From positions 23,787,033 to 23,851,032 of the forward strand of contig NC_081360.1 of NCBI RefSeq assembly GCF_030684315.1: a stretch of DNA of 64,000 nt. Direction: 5' to 3'. A program made the translations under genes and the position numbers. The DNA comes from Stegostoma tigrinum (taxonomy: Eukaryota). Under the pieces are notes generated by a model. That model saw nothing but the letters and a program-made list of their open reading frames with translations. It searched no databases and had not been told where the DNA came from. Positions 37,571 through 49,776 of this stretch are shown piece by piece; within the stretch, counting starts at the first letter, position 1, and each line of letters starts with the position of its first letter.

Positions 37571-37723
37571 AAATGTTACATAAATCTACAGTTATTCTGT
37601 TGTAACAATGTATAAAATCCATTCATTGATGGGCAAGGAAATAAAATGATAAATTGAAACAATGTTCTTAGGATTCGCTAACAAGTGTTTCCATTTCTGT
37701 TACTGCAGGATTATGAAACTTAC

Positions 37724-38340
37724 CTGTCTGAAATCGCTTACGACTATTATTGCACGGAAGAAATTCTGGGTTAAAAATTTGAACATAAAATTCGATCTGG
37801 AAACTCCTTGGATTTCTAAACCAATTATTTAATTATAATGATTCCGTGGCACTTTGTCTTAAGCTGTAAAGTACAATGTTAAGACGGGTTGCAAACGAAA
37901 GCATACCAGCGCAGTGGGTGAATGTGTCTGAGCTGTGCTCGATTTGAGGCAGGCACTGAACAGGCTATTTGGAGTTTTACCTTTTTTTTACCTTGTTGTT
38001 GGGAGAGCAGTGATTCCCTGTCCCACCAGCACTTCGTGGACCCGTCCTTGCCGTCGGTAGTGTGAGGCCGGTTGCAATGTTACTTTGCACTGGCATCGCA
38101 GGAAATCCTCAGCTTTACAGGCGGAAATGTAAACTGCTGCGGGTTGCCTGGGTTTTCTGGCATGTGACGGGGTTGCTCAGGGAGCCAAACACTGTTTGTA
38201 TCTTCATATCCTCTGTGCAGAGTGAGCTCCTGGTTGTTTGCACAAACAAGAATACAGCGGGTGTTGGAAATCTAAAATTCTCGACTCTTTGCATTACATT
38301 CGATTACTTTGACACATTGTAACGCCGAACTGTAGCGGTC
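37724..38340 (-). promoter_or_regulatory. Probable promoter and non-coding 5' exon(s) of the NME9-like gene
   Basis: Locally CpG-enriched, non-repetitive sequence. Perfect minus-strand donor CAG|GTAAGT at 37723 and a second donor AAG|GTAAAA at 37991. RFX-type half site GTTGCC at 38143 and ETS-like CGGAAAT near 38122. Coding exon 1 has an acceptor, so an upstream exon must exist. Confidence 0.5.
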
Positions 38341-38380
38341 TAACGGATGCAAATGAGTAACAGAAAACAAGTGACCGAAT

Positions 38381-38509
38381 ATTTGAGATAATGGGAACTG
38401 CAGATGCTGGAGAATCCGGCGTCTTTTCTGGTCGAGGCCTGAAACGTTTGCGCTCCTAAGATGCTGCTTGGCCTGCTGTGTTCATCCAGCTCCACACTTT
38501 GTTATCTCT
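38381..38509. mobile_element. Penelope-derived mini-element (family A) with 9-bp TSD
   Basis: TSD tgaccgaat at 38372-38380 and 38510-38518; gagataa...ttatctc inverted ends. Confidence 0.75.
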
Positions 38510-39158
38510 TGACCGAATTACTTGCATTAGTAAAACAAACATAACTTTTTTTTACCATCTTTTCTTATCTCTGCTGAGAGCATTAATTTAAAACACGATC
38601 ACAGGGATCTTGTGAATTTTATTTTATATCCAGAAGTACTCTTACATAACAACAGAATATCACCAAATCACTGTGACATTTTTTTCCTACTACCAGTAAA
38701 ATCGCCCATACAGCCAATTAGATACGTGTATGCAAAGCTTTTTACGGGCAATGCAAGCGGACAATCAAAAGTGACAGAGGGCTAGGGGGAACAGGATCGG
38801 TCTAAATCAAAATGGATTTGGAGGGGCAATAAAACACCATACCCCTGCAGTGCCCACCTCTTTAAAGGCATTGAGAGCTCAGATGCACCCTCTACAATAT
38901 CACCCAGGTCCGAATGTAACTACAGAAGTGGGGCAAATAGTTGGCATATATGATCCAACCCTGTGCATTTGTCTTATCTCTACCCACATTGATGCCATCT
39001 TTAGCAATCAAAAATGAAATGCCCTATTGGCTGTGGTTTTAATAACAATCAACTCATTATCTGTGTTTAGATACTTTCTAATGAACCTATTCAGTGATTT
39101 TGTTTTCCACACCTCTGGAGCAGATAGGTCTTGAATCCAGACCTAAAGTTGCATTTCA

Positions 39159-39505
39159 CAGAATCACTAGAGTGTGGAAACAGGCCATACAGACCATCAA
39201 CTCTACACAGACTCTTAGAAGAGCATCTCACGCAGACCCACTCCCCCACCCTGTTATTATAACCCTGCAATCCCCATGGCTAACCCACTTAGCCTGGACA
39301 TCACTGATCACTGTGGCTAATTTCGCAAGGCCAAATCACCTACCTTCACATCTTTGGACTGTGGAAGGAAACCAAAGTACCCGGAGGAAACCCATGCAGA
39401 CAAGGGGAGAATGTGCAAACTCTAGACAGACAATCACTCAAGGTTGGAATCAAACCCGGGTCCCTAGTGCTGTGAGCCAGCAGTGCTAACCAATGAGCCA
39501 CCATG
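39159..39505 (-). mobile_element. HE1-type SINE
   Basis: Reverse complement of the 1937-2232 element. Confidence 0.85.
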
Positions 39506-40242
39506 AGCCACAATCTTGGGACCAAACAATAATGCAGTATGACATCATACTCATGGTAGCAGCCCAAATAATCTCCATCACTGTACCAAACTATTACTGG
39601 TATATGTGAACTGCCATCTTTGTCAAATAGTAGGCCGTCTTCACTGCCATCTAGATTATTGCAACTAGTACAGTTCTTGAATGACTACAGAGCTGCCTTG
39701 TCATAGAATCATTCACTACTTGCCACATATTTGCTATCCTTTCATGCTCATTCACAATTTCTCACTCACTCACTCAGACTCCAGTGAAGGTGTGGGTAAT
39801 TTGCCCTGCTGGTGTCAAGTTGCAGCTTCATGCACCCATCTGTTTGGTTACTCCTCTGGCATGGATGCTTTGCATGGGTTTTCTATCTAAAGGATCCAAG
39901 GGTTGTAATTGGCTTATAGACCTGCTTGGAGTCACAACTAGAAACAACTTTGATTTTGTCACCCTTCGTTTTGTGTTCTTAGTTACGCTCTTTCGATAAA
40001 CAATTTTTCGTTCAATCAATTAAATACCATTAAATAAATTAAACAATAAATATTCCTCAAAGGGACACTAACAATGGTCAAATGCTCAAAGCAAAATTAA
40101 CTTTAGATTAAAATGTCAATGTGGATGGAGATAATACATTGCAGTGCCAACTGGTTGTGGAAGGTCTCAAGCATACCAGCAAACAGCTCATCCTCCCTCT
40201 CCAAGGGCACCCAGTCACATAAAGAAACAAAATTGACACTGG

Positions 40243-40700
40243 GATAACATCGTATAGAGCTGGATGAACACAGCAGGCCAAGCAGCATCAGAGGAGCAGG
40301 CAGGCTGATGTTTTGGGTTCAGACCCTTCTTCAGAAATGGGGAGGGGAAGGGGATTCTGAAAGAAATAGAGAGAGGGGGAAGCAGGTAGAAGATGGATAA
40401 AGAAGAAGATAGGTGGAGACGAGGTAGACAAGTCAAAGAGGCAGGGTGAGTGTAGGTGGGGAGTTAGGGAGGGGATAGGTCAGTTCGGGGAGGATGGACA
40501 AGTCGAGGAGGCGGGATGAGGTTGGTGGGTAGGAGATGGGCTGGGGTTTGAGGTGGGAGAAATGGTTAGGGAGGCAGGGACTAGCTGGGTTGGCTTTGGG
40601 ATGTGGTTGGGGGAGAGGATATTTTGAAGCTCGTGAAGTCCAAATTGACACCCTTGGGCTGCAGTTTCCCAAGCGAAACATGAGATGCTGTTCCTGCATA
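40243..40700 (-). mobile_element. Penelope-like element 3' end: ORF C-terminus + pseudo-LTR, with 14-bp TSD (1 mismatch)
   Basis: QEQHLMFRLG.(LQP) matches the PLE GIY-YIG C-terminal motif; pyrimidine-rich tract; hammerhead-like core at 40334-40311; TSD aaaattgaca(c/g)tgg at 40229-40242 and 40701-40714. Confidence 0.8.
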
Positions 40701-41741
40701 AAAATTGACAGTGGACTCAGCTATATACATCTACAACTGATCTCACAGTTCTGGAATTTGATTTCTTTAGAAGGTCATGTTCTGACCACTGCTTATTTAA
40801 CCACAATTTCATCCCTTCTTCAATCACACATCCTTTAGGATGAACGTAGAAAAATCAAATTTTGAATTTCAATCTTAGATGTCATTTTTTTTCTGTAAAA
40901 GACCTGTAAGAATGCTGGGTTTTTTTTGCCGCCTGAACAACACACCATAACAACAATGTAGTGGGTCTTCTCATTACCAAATATTTTTCATTGAAAGATA
41001 TTATGTGGCCTCCTGATTATTACAATATTTTCAGTTTTAATTTTAGACTTCTACCATCTGCAATATTTTGATTTTCTATTTGTGTTTTTATTAGTATTGT
41101 TTCAAAAGCTGTAATACCAACATTTTTATAAAGATTGCCAATATGCACAATTCCCCCTGACTTTTAATATTTCATTCATTGTGCAAACATCAAATGTGAA
41201 GGGGACTTTGTGTGTATTCCTCGTCGTTCCATACTCAAATAATTATTTTCCTTGCATTACTAGGAACCTATGAAATCCAAGTCTATTTGTTTCATATTTA
41301 GCTGTCTTCTTTTTTATTATGAGTTCTACACTGCGTGCTTCACCCATACATTTTCACAAGTCTGTGGATTGAGAATTTCTCCTGCCAAAATCTGTAATGG
41401 TATTTACAACTCTTTTTGTTTCATAAATGATTAGACATCCATTTTACCTGCGGTCCATTGTGCATATTTTCACCTTTTCTTCCCCTCATTGCTGTTCTGC
41501 AACATCCCCATGAAAAGTCTGTTGCCTTTTTCTATTGCCACTGTCTCTTCCTCTTGCCTTTTCTCTTAGTATAATTTCCTTAATGAGGTGGGAACAGAAT
41601 ATCTTTTAACTGCTCTATTTATATGCTTTATGATACACTTTCCAGTTTGAATTGGACAGTACAAGACACATTTTAATGTTTTAAATTCATTGATTTCATG
41701 TCAGATTTTCCACAAAAACAGACACTGTATCTTTCTGTTTC

Positions 41742-41950
41742 AGAGATAGCAGGAACTGCAGATACTGAAGAATCTGAGATAACAAGGTGTAGAGCTGAAT
41801 GATCACAGCAGGCCAAGCAGCATCAGAGGAGCAGGAAGGCTGATGTTTTGAGCCATTTTCTGAAGGGTCTAGACCCGAAACGTCAGCCTTCCTGCTCCTC
41901 TGATGCTGCTTGGCCTGCTGTGTTCATTCAGCTCTACACCCTGTTATCTC
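41742..41950. mobile_element. Penelope-derived fold-back element (family A), ~75-bp arms
   Basis: gagataacaaggtgtagagctgaatga.cacagcaggccaagcagcatcagaggagcaggaaggctga pairs with tcagccttcctgctcctctgatgctgcttggcctgctgtgttcattcagctctacacc.tgttatctc. Confidence 0.85.
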
Positions 41951-42364
41951 ACTGCTTACTACTGGTATGGTCATCGCTGTACGTAACTCTGAAACCAGTG
42001 ATAATGCTGTCCATGATGGGGTAACCTTTGGACAAGAAGGTGCATGGCAATTAAGGAAACATTTTTCTTGAAAATCTGTGGACTATGGTTCAGAATATAT
42101 GGGAAATGCATTCAACCACAGGCTTAATGGTAGTTACTGCGATAGCTATTTAAACATTACTGGACAATAGGGTCTCTCAAAGATATTTTTAACACCATGT
42201 TCAGGGATGTTATTACACATCTTTGGAGCAAGTGGGACCTGAACAAGAATCTCCTGGTTCAGAGATAAGACGCTTTCCATAAAGCCAATGAGGTTTCCTG
42301 AAAGAAGATATGCCTAAGCTCAAATAAATAAAACAAAAGTTGCTGGCAAGCTGAAGCAAGCACA

Positions 42365-42870
42365 GAAACTAGGAACATAGGAACAGAAGTAGGCCATTCA
42401 GTCACCCCTGCCTGCTCAACTGGTCAATGACATCATGTTGATCTATGGCTTAACTCCACATATCTGCCTTTGTCCCATATCCTGTAATGTGTGTTCAACA
42501 AAATTTATCTATCTCATATTTAAAATTAAAAAATGCATCTACTGCCACTTGTGAAAGAGTTCTAAATATCTATCACCCTTTGTCTATAGAAGTGCTTTCT
42601 AACATTGCTCCAGCACAAAACAAACTGTGTAAGCTGGAAATCAGAAACAAAATTTAAAAAAAATGCTGGATAAAAACTCAGCAAGTCTGGCAACATCCGT
42701 GGAGAAAAAGCAGAGTTCATATTTCGGGTTCGTCGCCCCTTCTTCAGTTTTCTCTCCACACATGCTGACAGACCTGCTGAGTTTTGTCTCTCTTGAACAG
42801 TCTGGCTCGAATTCTCAGACTATGCCCCCAAGTTCTTAAATTTTCAACCAGTGGCAACAGTTCATTATTA
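42365..42870 (-). mobile_element. CR1 3' fragment with a nested Penelope family-B mini-element (~42612-42790)
   Basis: CR1 tail ggaacataggaacagaagtaggccattcag; the nested element has core CTGAAGA-A-GGG..CCC-GAAA on the minus strand (42747-42722). Confidence 0.7.
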
Positions 42871-43049
42871 TACCTTGGAGAAACTTAACATTTTACTCCA
42901 CACTTGCTGCCAGACCTGTTGAGTTTCTCCAACATTTTAATTTCGTGTTTAAGCTCAATTTGAGCAAATCAGAGATCTAACTAACAACTTGAACTTAAAA
43001 GGTAATGTATGAATGCTATATTCAGGTGAAACCTGTCCCTGCAACGTTC

Positions 43050-43450
43050 CCCATGCACGGTTGTGTGTTCACCCCTGCGGGGAATCGCTGCAGCATTCTT
43101 CTGAGCCCTCCCTACAGGGCAGCTGTCAATCACAGCGCATGTAGATATCGGATTGGTCGAAACGGCTGTCGGTCAGATAGAGGGGCGGGGACATTGTCAG
43201 CGTGCGTGGGCGAGGCTGGGAGTGGGCCGGGCCGTCTTTGGTCGCCAGCCAGCGGCCAGTCTGTGGTCTCTGGGGACGTGAGACAGGGGGTTGGCGGCGG
43301 AGCGGGATCAGGGATCAGGGATCAGGATGTCGGAGTCGCCCGAGACTGGGAGCCTGGCTTCGGCTTCCTCCCAGCTCAACCTGACCGAGGCGGAGGGGGT
43401 GAGTAGAGGCTGGTGTGCAACTCGAACTCCAGCCCCAGGCCCCGGGGCCT
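43050..43450 (+). promoter_or_regulatory. CpG-island promoter / first exon region of VPS8
   Basis: Strongly GC- and CpG-rich; reverse CCAAT (GATTGG, ~43151); GC box GGGGCGGGG (43182-43190); donor GGG|GTGAGT at 43399. Confidence 0.75.
43327..43398 (+). CDS. VPS8: VPS8 putative coding exon 1 (MSESPETGSLASASSQLNLTEAEG)
   Basis: ATG with A at -3 inside the CpG island; 72 bp ending at a phase-0 donor, in frame with the next exon. The peptide is not recognisably conserved. Confidence 0.6.
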
Positions 43451-43814
43451 GGTGATTGCCTTTACCCACTCCTTAGACCAAGTGACAGGTACCCACTCAG
43501 CATCCCGGTAGTACATTATTTGTCCCTTCTTCAATGCACATTGAGTCTGAGCTCCTGCAGTCATTCTCTCCAGGTACAAACCTGGAGTCAGGCTCAAACC
43601 TGCGTGCACTGTATCCTCCACACACATGGACACACAGAATTGTTGTCCTTCTCATTTGGGTCTTGATCCGGGTTTACATTACAGTGCCAAGCAGCAGGTG
43701 GGAGATGACCGCACCGTTGTCAGTGTAACTTAAGCAATGTTTTGACAGCTGACTGTGTAACTTGACCTTCTCTGGGACTGCGTTTGTGACCGTGATTCTG
43801 AAAGTGGCATAAAA

Positions 43815-44275
43815 CTGATGCTGGTAATCAGAAACAAAAACAGGAATGGCTGGAAACGCTCAGTGGGTCTGGCTGCATCTATGGAGAGAAAGCAATATTT
43901 TCAGCAATTTCTGTTTGATACTGAATGTGGCATGTGGTGCATCTCAGAATAAAGTAGCTAAAGTAGCACCTCAACTTGGTTAATAAAGACCAAAAGAACT
44001 GAGAATGCTGTAAATCAGGAATGAAAACAAAGTTGCTGGAAGAGCTCAGCAGGTCTGGCAGCATCTGTGGAGGGGAAAACAAAATTAACGTTTTGGGTCT
44101 GGTGACCCTTCCTCAGAACTGGTTACCTCATTTTGGTTAACAGGGTGTAGAGCTGGATGAACACAACAGGCCAAGCAGCATCAGCTCCTCTGATGCTGCT
44201 TGGCCTGCTGTGTTCACCCAGCTCTACACCTTGTTGTCTCAGATTGTCCAGCATTTGCTGTTCCTACTATCACCT
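43815..44275. mobile_element. Cluster of three Penelope-derived mini-elements (families B, B, A)
   Basis: gctggaagagctcagcaggtctggcagcatctgtgg bodies; minus-strand core CTGAGGA-A-GGGTC-acca-GACCC-AAAACGTT (44116-44087); hairpin at 44143-44240. Confidence 0.7.
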
Positions 44276-44939
44276 CAGTTTAGTTACCTGGCTCAATGGT
44301 GAACTCCATGAATACCAATTTTCTGAAATTGTGAAACTCTGAAATCCAATTCAGGCCTCTTCATTATCACTGACTTTAATCAGTTCACCATTGGCTACCT
44401 GGACTGTAGCTTCTGAAATATGGTCCATAAACCTCTGATTTTCATCCTCACTTTGTTCCTTTAAGACACCTCTTAAAACCTACTTGTAGAACCTCCACCC
44501 GCTCTTATATCTTTTGTGACTCAGTGTCTTATGTAGCTATTTAAAACTCAAGATAAGTGTCTTAGGATGGTTAGTTATCATCAAGATGCAATATAAATGG
44601 TGGTTGATTTTCTCTAGATGACTGTCTGGTACAACAATTGAGCAAAGATTCAGGGATAGCGTATTCATAATTATGTATTTTTGTAGCTCCAGCATTAACT
44701 GGTTTCTCAGGGTTTTGCTTTCACTTTCATTTTTTTTGTGTTGTTGTGTGTGTAATTGTGCAAATGTATGCCATCATCTGTGTTTCTGTTGTTTGCATGC
44801 CCTGATGTCAGCTGTTTGGATTGAATAAAACATTGAAAAAGTTGAATGACCGCTGAAGTGTTCCCTGACTGGAAGGGAATACTCCTGCCTGGTGTTTGTT
44901 TGTTTGTTTGTTCGGCATGGTGTTTGTTCATCTGTCATC

Positions 44940-45640
44940 GTAGCATCTGTACGGTCTTGCTAATATACTATGCTTCGGGGCATCCTTTCCTGCAGTGTAC
45001 GAGGTGGACAACATTGGCAGAGCCACATGTGTAGGTACCATGTATATGGTGGGTGTTGTTCCCATGTGTGATAGCAGCATCCATGTCGGTGATCTGGCAC
45101 CTCTTGCACAGGTTGCTGTGGCAGGCCGTGTGGTGTTGTGGTTGATGTTTTCCTGAAGGCTGGGTAGTTTTCAGTGAAGGTTAGGCTTTTGTTTGAAGGC
45201 AAGAATTGGAGGTGTAGGGATGATCTTGGTGAGATGCTCATCATTGATGACCTGTTGAATGCTGCAAAGAACTTGACGTTTCTCCGGTCCAGGGAAGTAC
45301 TGAACAATGAAAGGTACTTTATCGTTGTGACCCATGTCTGTCATCTGAGGAGGTCGTTGTGGTTTTTAGTGATGGCACGTTGGAACCAGTGATCGATGAG
45401 TTGAGCAACATATCCTGTTCCAATTATGGCATCTTTTAGTGTTTGTTGGTGTCTGTCATATTCTTCCTCATGAGTAGATCCTGTGTGTGAGCACGTCTTG
45501 GCCATGGGCGATGGCTATTTCAATATGTTCAAGGTGGAAGCTAGAGAAGTAAAGCATTGTGAGGTTATCTATGGGCTTGCAGTAGAGTAAACTTCTCTCA
45601 TTATTGTACAGTTGAGTTTGGGGTGAAGAAAGCTGTGTTT
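44940..45640 (-). mobile_element. Decayed Penelope-like element, RT thumb / Zn-linker / GIY-YIG region
   Basis: Minus-strand translation gives PFIVQYFPGPEK...IIPTPPILAFKQ.PN and CHSNLCKRCQ...YTCGSANVVHLVHCRKGCPEA*YIS. Confidence 0.8.
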
Positions 45641-47396
45641 CAGCTTCATGTCCTTAAAAGTGACATGCAGTTTCCACCAGAGATGAATGATGATCCTACC
45701 ACTAGCCTTATTGTCCCCTGTTTTGTCCCTGATTCCCCAATGACTTTTTCAGCCTTCACACATTTCTGTTCTGCTCCTTTATTGTTGTTAATTTTCCTCA
45801 TTTACCCCAAAGCCCATGATTTTGTGAGTTGTCATGCCCTTGTTGGTGATACATTCTCATCATAGTGAGAATGTATGAGAGACTCCCTTACTCCTCATGC
45901 TCCTGCGGCTCCATGTCCCTACTATGCTATATGAGATTCTAACCTTCTGTCTTGAATCTCCCACCTTCATTATTACCATTCATTCAGCCATCCAGCTCCA
46001 ATCTTGAGTTTCCCGCTTTCCCATGACTCCATGGACTGCTTCCTAACAAACCCTGGATTGTCAATACCCGAACACCAAAGAGAGACTTGGGTGGCAAAAC
46101 TATGAATGCACTTTGACTCTCAGCAGTGCTAGCTGCCGTTAGTAGTGTGCTTGATTTTAATGGGAGGCAGTGGCCTGGTGATATTGTCCCTGGACCCGGG
46201 TTTGAATCCCGCCACAGCAGATGGGAGAATTTGAATTCAATTTTTAAAATTCCTGGAATTGAGCGTCTAATGGTAACCGTGAACCCATTGTCGATGGTTG
46301 GAAAAACTCATTTGGCTCAGTAATGTCCTTTAGGAAAGGAAACTCCCATCCTACCTGGTCTGGCGTACATGTGACTATAGACCCACGGCAGTGTGGTTGA
46401 CTCTTAACTGTCCTTTTAATAACTAGCCTGCAATGTCCTCATCCTGTGAATGAATGAAATAAAAATCAAAAGACATCTTTATTCGTTGAGACTATCCCAC
46501 TGGCGCACTGTGAGAATATCATCCTGGTACCAAGGAGTAGGTTGACTGAATTTTCCTGTCTTGTATTATTATCATCCACTAGAGCCTATTCTTCATAGTG
46601 CTGTCTAGATAGGAGTTACTTGACAGTGATCAGGATGGCCTGTTTACACAAGCAATGCAGAAAGACAGTCTGCTGTTGATCCATGATTAATCCTGTAGGT
46701 TAAAATAAAACTCACATTGCACACATGTCTGTGAAGTATTTTGTGTTTTGGGTGGCAAAACTATTCTGTTCAGAGACTTTATGATGTTAGAATTGTAGTG
46801 TTGTACTATGTTATACTGGCATTCAACAAAGGATTTGTGCTTCTGAGCTCAGGCTGAATTCATAACCTCTGCTGTGTGCTGTGGATGGGGTTCCTCACTG
46901 GCATTGAGAAGAGTATTTGAGGGAGTGCTACCCTGAAATCACCTAGTTTCACTGAATCCTGGGACGTTTTCTGCAGGAACACCAAAGAAGGAGTGTGCGT
47001 TTTTATTTTTAAAATGTGTACTCCGAACTCTTAATGTTCGTATTTGCACATTTGAGAATTTTGTTGAAATTGCATTGTTCCAAAAGGTGGACTTGTCCAA
47101 ATAGGTTTTGCTGCTAATTGAATACTCATATTTGATCAGATTGACCATTCCTGTGCAAGATGCTGCAGTATCTGTTCCAGAAAGATAGAATTATTGTGGT
47201 AGTATTAACTCCATATTTAAAGAGGGCATGGCATCATTGTATAGCCTAGTCTAGTAATCGCACTGTGTTTGTGAGTAGTGTCAAAGGCATTTCATGTTAC
47301 AATAGTTGCAATGCTGACCTTGTTGGTGTTTTTAATGTGATCACTTATTCAAAGATGATTTCATCAAAAAATGAATTTCTCGTTTTTTTTGTGCAG

Positions 47397-47465
47397 ATTG
47401 ATGACAAGGAGTTTGATATTCCCCAAGTCGATACTCCACCTACTCTAGAAAGTATACTGAATGAG
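47397..47465 (+). CDS. VPS8: VPS8 exon (IDDKEFDIPQVDTPPTLESILNE)
   Basis: Acceptor ttttttttgtgcag, donor GAG|GTAAGC; 69 bp. Confidence 0.95.
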
Positions 47466-49048
47466 GTAAGCCCTGTGCTTAGATTGAGATAGTTAGACCT
47501 TTTTAAAGGCTGGATAACAAATATTTCATCTTGTGTTCTTTGTAATTGTAAATTAAGGAGAGGATCATGGAAGGGGGTCAGTAAGTTACTACTCTTCTGA
47601 AAGCGGTTGTGAAATTGGCTGATTTAAAAAAAAACACATTTCCTGAAATCCACATTCCACCGATCTGCAAATAAAAACTGTAGCATAATGTTTGCCTGAG
47701 GCCTCCCCAGAATTCCTAAAGGCTTTGGTCGTGATTTCTTGTCCACTTTCCTTCATTTCGTGCATGTAGTTTGCGATGTTTTAAAGTTGCATAACAAACG
47801 ATTACAAAAGCTACAATGCTAAGGTCACCGGAGAAGTGCTGGTGTGGTGGGGGGGGGGAGAAGGAATGGACTGCACTGCCTGGTCATAGGCTGTCAAGAG
47901 TTGCCACTCTGTGACAGTTCTTTGGAGTCTAGAGTGGAAAAGTTGTGCTTCCTGGTCCCACAGGCTAGCTGTACTCCCTAACACAGTTTCAGCGTGCATC
48001 CTTCCCCAAGGTCAGAAGGCTGTCTGGTGTGTCTCCATGACAGGTGGAAATTCTACCATACCAGAGATGTATGTTGATTCTGTGAAAATGGAAAATCTGA
48101 ATTTGTATTTGCCGTGCTCAAAAGTGTGAATGGCAAGTTAGGTATTCTAAGAAAGTTTAATGTAATTAGTGTAGTTAAATAAAAATATTGAGATTTCCCT
48201 GCAATGCTGCGTGGGTTATGCATTCTTACCAGCCGTTGACACTGCAATCCACAATTATTGAGAAACGTATCAAAGGACAGAATATGGATAAGTGCTCAGA
48301 GAAATGTATCATCTTTTGTGTCAAGAAATTTCATCAATCTAATTTGATTAATGTACGTACGTGAAGAATGCCCATTTTTTCGTTGTGGAACCACATTGCA
48401 CCATGTGTGTGTTTGTGTTATCAGTGCTCCCTCTTCACTCCCGTGTTATTCAGGTTTCCTTGTTCACTGACAAAGTACTGTACCCTATCTTAAACAATCA
48501 CATGACACCATATTTAGGAAGTGGAGCAGCTACAGGAGGCAAAAGAGGAATCGCTTTATTTTGTGTGTGATTTTAACTCTGGGTGAGAATAAGATCTGTG
48601 CTAGGATTACAGTAGCATTGTGGTTGTGTTTCTAGACTAATGATCTAGAGATGTGAATTGAAATTTGACCACTGAAGCAGGCAGATTTCAATTCAAAAAG
48701 TAAAATCTGAAATGAAAAACTAGTGTCGGTAATGAAGGCCATGAAAGTAGCGATTAATGTAAAAGCCCATCTGGTTCACTAGCATCCTTTTAGGGAAATA
48801 AGCTTGCAATCCTTTTCTGGTTTAGCTTCTATAGCACCAGCCCGTTTGAAATGGTCTAGCAAGCTACTCGGTTTTACTCAAAAAGGAAGTTCACCATCAA
48901 TTTCTTAAGGCCACTTAAGAACAAGCCTAAATGGCTTTGTCAGTGATGCCTCCGTCTGTGAATGAATTAACTAAAGAAGTGAGGTAAGACAAAAATATAC
49001 ATAAACTGTAAAGCCTTTTCTCTTTCTGTGATTTCCATCCCCATGCAG

Positions 49049-49179
49049 ACGGAAGATGAAGATGAATCATTTATATTGGAGGATCCAGCCCTCTTGAATA
49101 TGGACAGCATTGATACGCATTCGGGTGAAACTTCATCTCTTGCTAGTTCTGATAGTGGAGACAGAACGAATTTAAAGCG
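49049..49179 (+). CDS. VPS8: VPS8 exon (TEDEDESFILEDPALLNMDSIDTHSGETSSLASSDSGDRTNLKR)
   Basis: Acceptor ccccatgcag, donor CG|GTAAGA; 131 bp, phase 0 to 2. Confidence 0.94.
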
Positions 49180-49612
49180 GTAAGAGTTTACAGGAAGCAT
49201 TAAATTATTTTTATTCGATAAATTAGAATTGATGAGGTGAAAAAGTACTAAAACTTCTTGGAAATCATTTGTATTGAAATTAAAATTAACAGTGCCTTTA
49301 CTTTGTGTGTAAGTTTTCTTACTGAGTTTTAAATTGATTAGCAATCTCTATTTTAACTACTGATGGCTCTCCTGCTTGTTACTGTACCATGAACTATACA
49401 TTTAATAGGCACCCTGATGGACGATGTAATGAACGGCCAGTGAGCCTACAAACTGAAATCTACTCAATGAGTTAGCTTTAAGCAGAATAATAAATACCTG
49501 GGAGTCTATCAAACACTGTGACCTCACTAAAGGTTTAAATGTTTAGTGCATGGAATAATTGTTTGTATTAAGAATAACAAATAGGAAATGAATCAGAGTC
49601 TGGAATTTAATT

Positions 49613-49741
49613 AGGTGTAGAAGAAGAGTCTAGGCCTGAAACGTCTGCCTTTCTGCTCCCCTGATGCTGCTTGGCTTGCTGTGTTCATCCAGCTCTGCAC
49701 CTTGTTATCTTGATTCTCCAGCGTCTGCAGTTCCTGCTATC
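49613..49741 (+). mobile_element. Penelope-derived mini-element (family A) with 14-bp TSD
   Basis: TSD tctggaatttaatt at 49599-49612 and 49742-49755. Confidence 0.8.
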
Positions 49742-49776
49742 TCTGGAATTTAATTGATGTGTTTCTTGATGTGTCT

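Noticed and set aside
43005-43406. 133-aa ORF across the CpG island
   Set aside because: Open only because of high GC content; it is in a different frame from the VPS8 exon-1 ATG, which splices in frame to the conserved exon.
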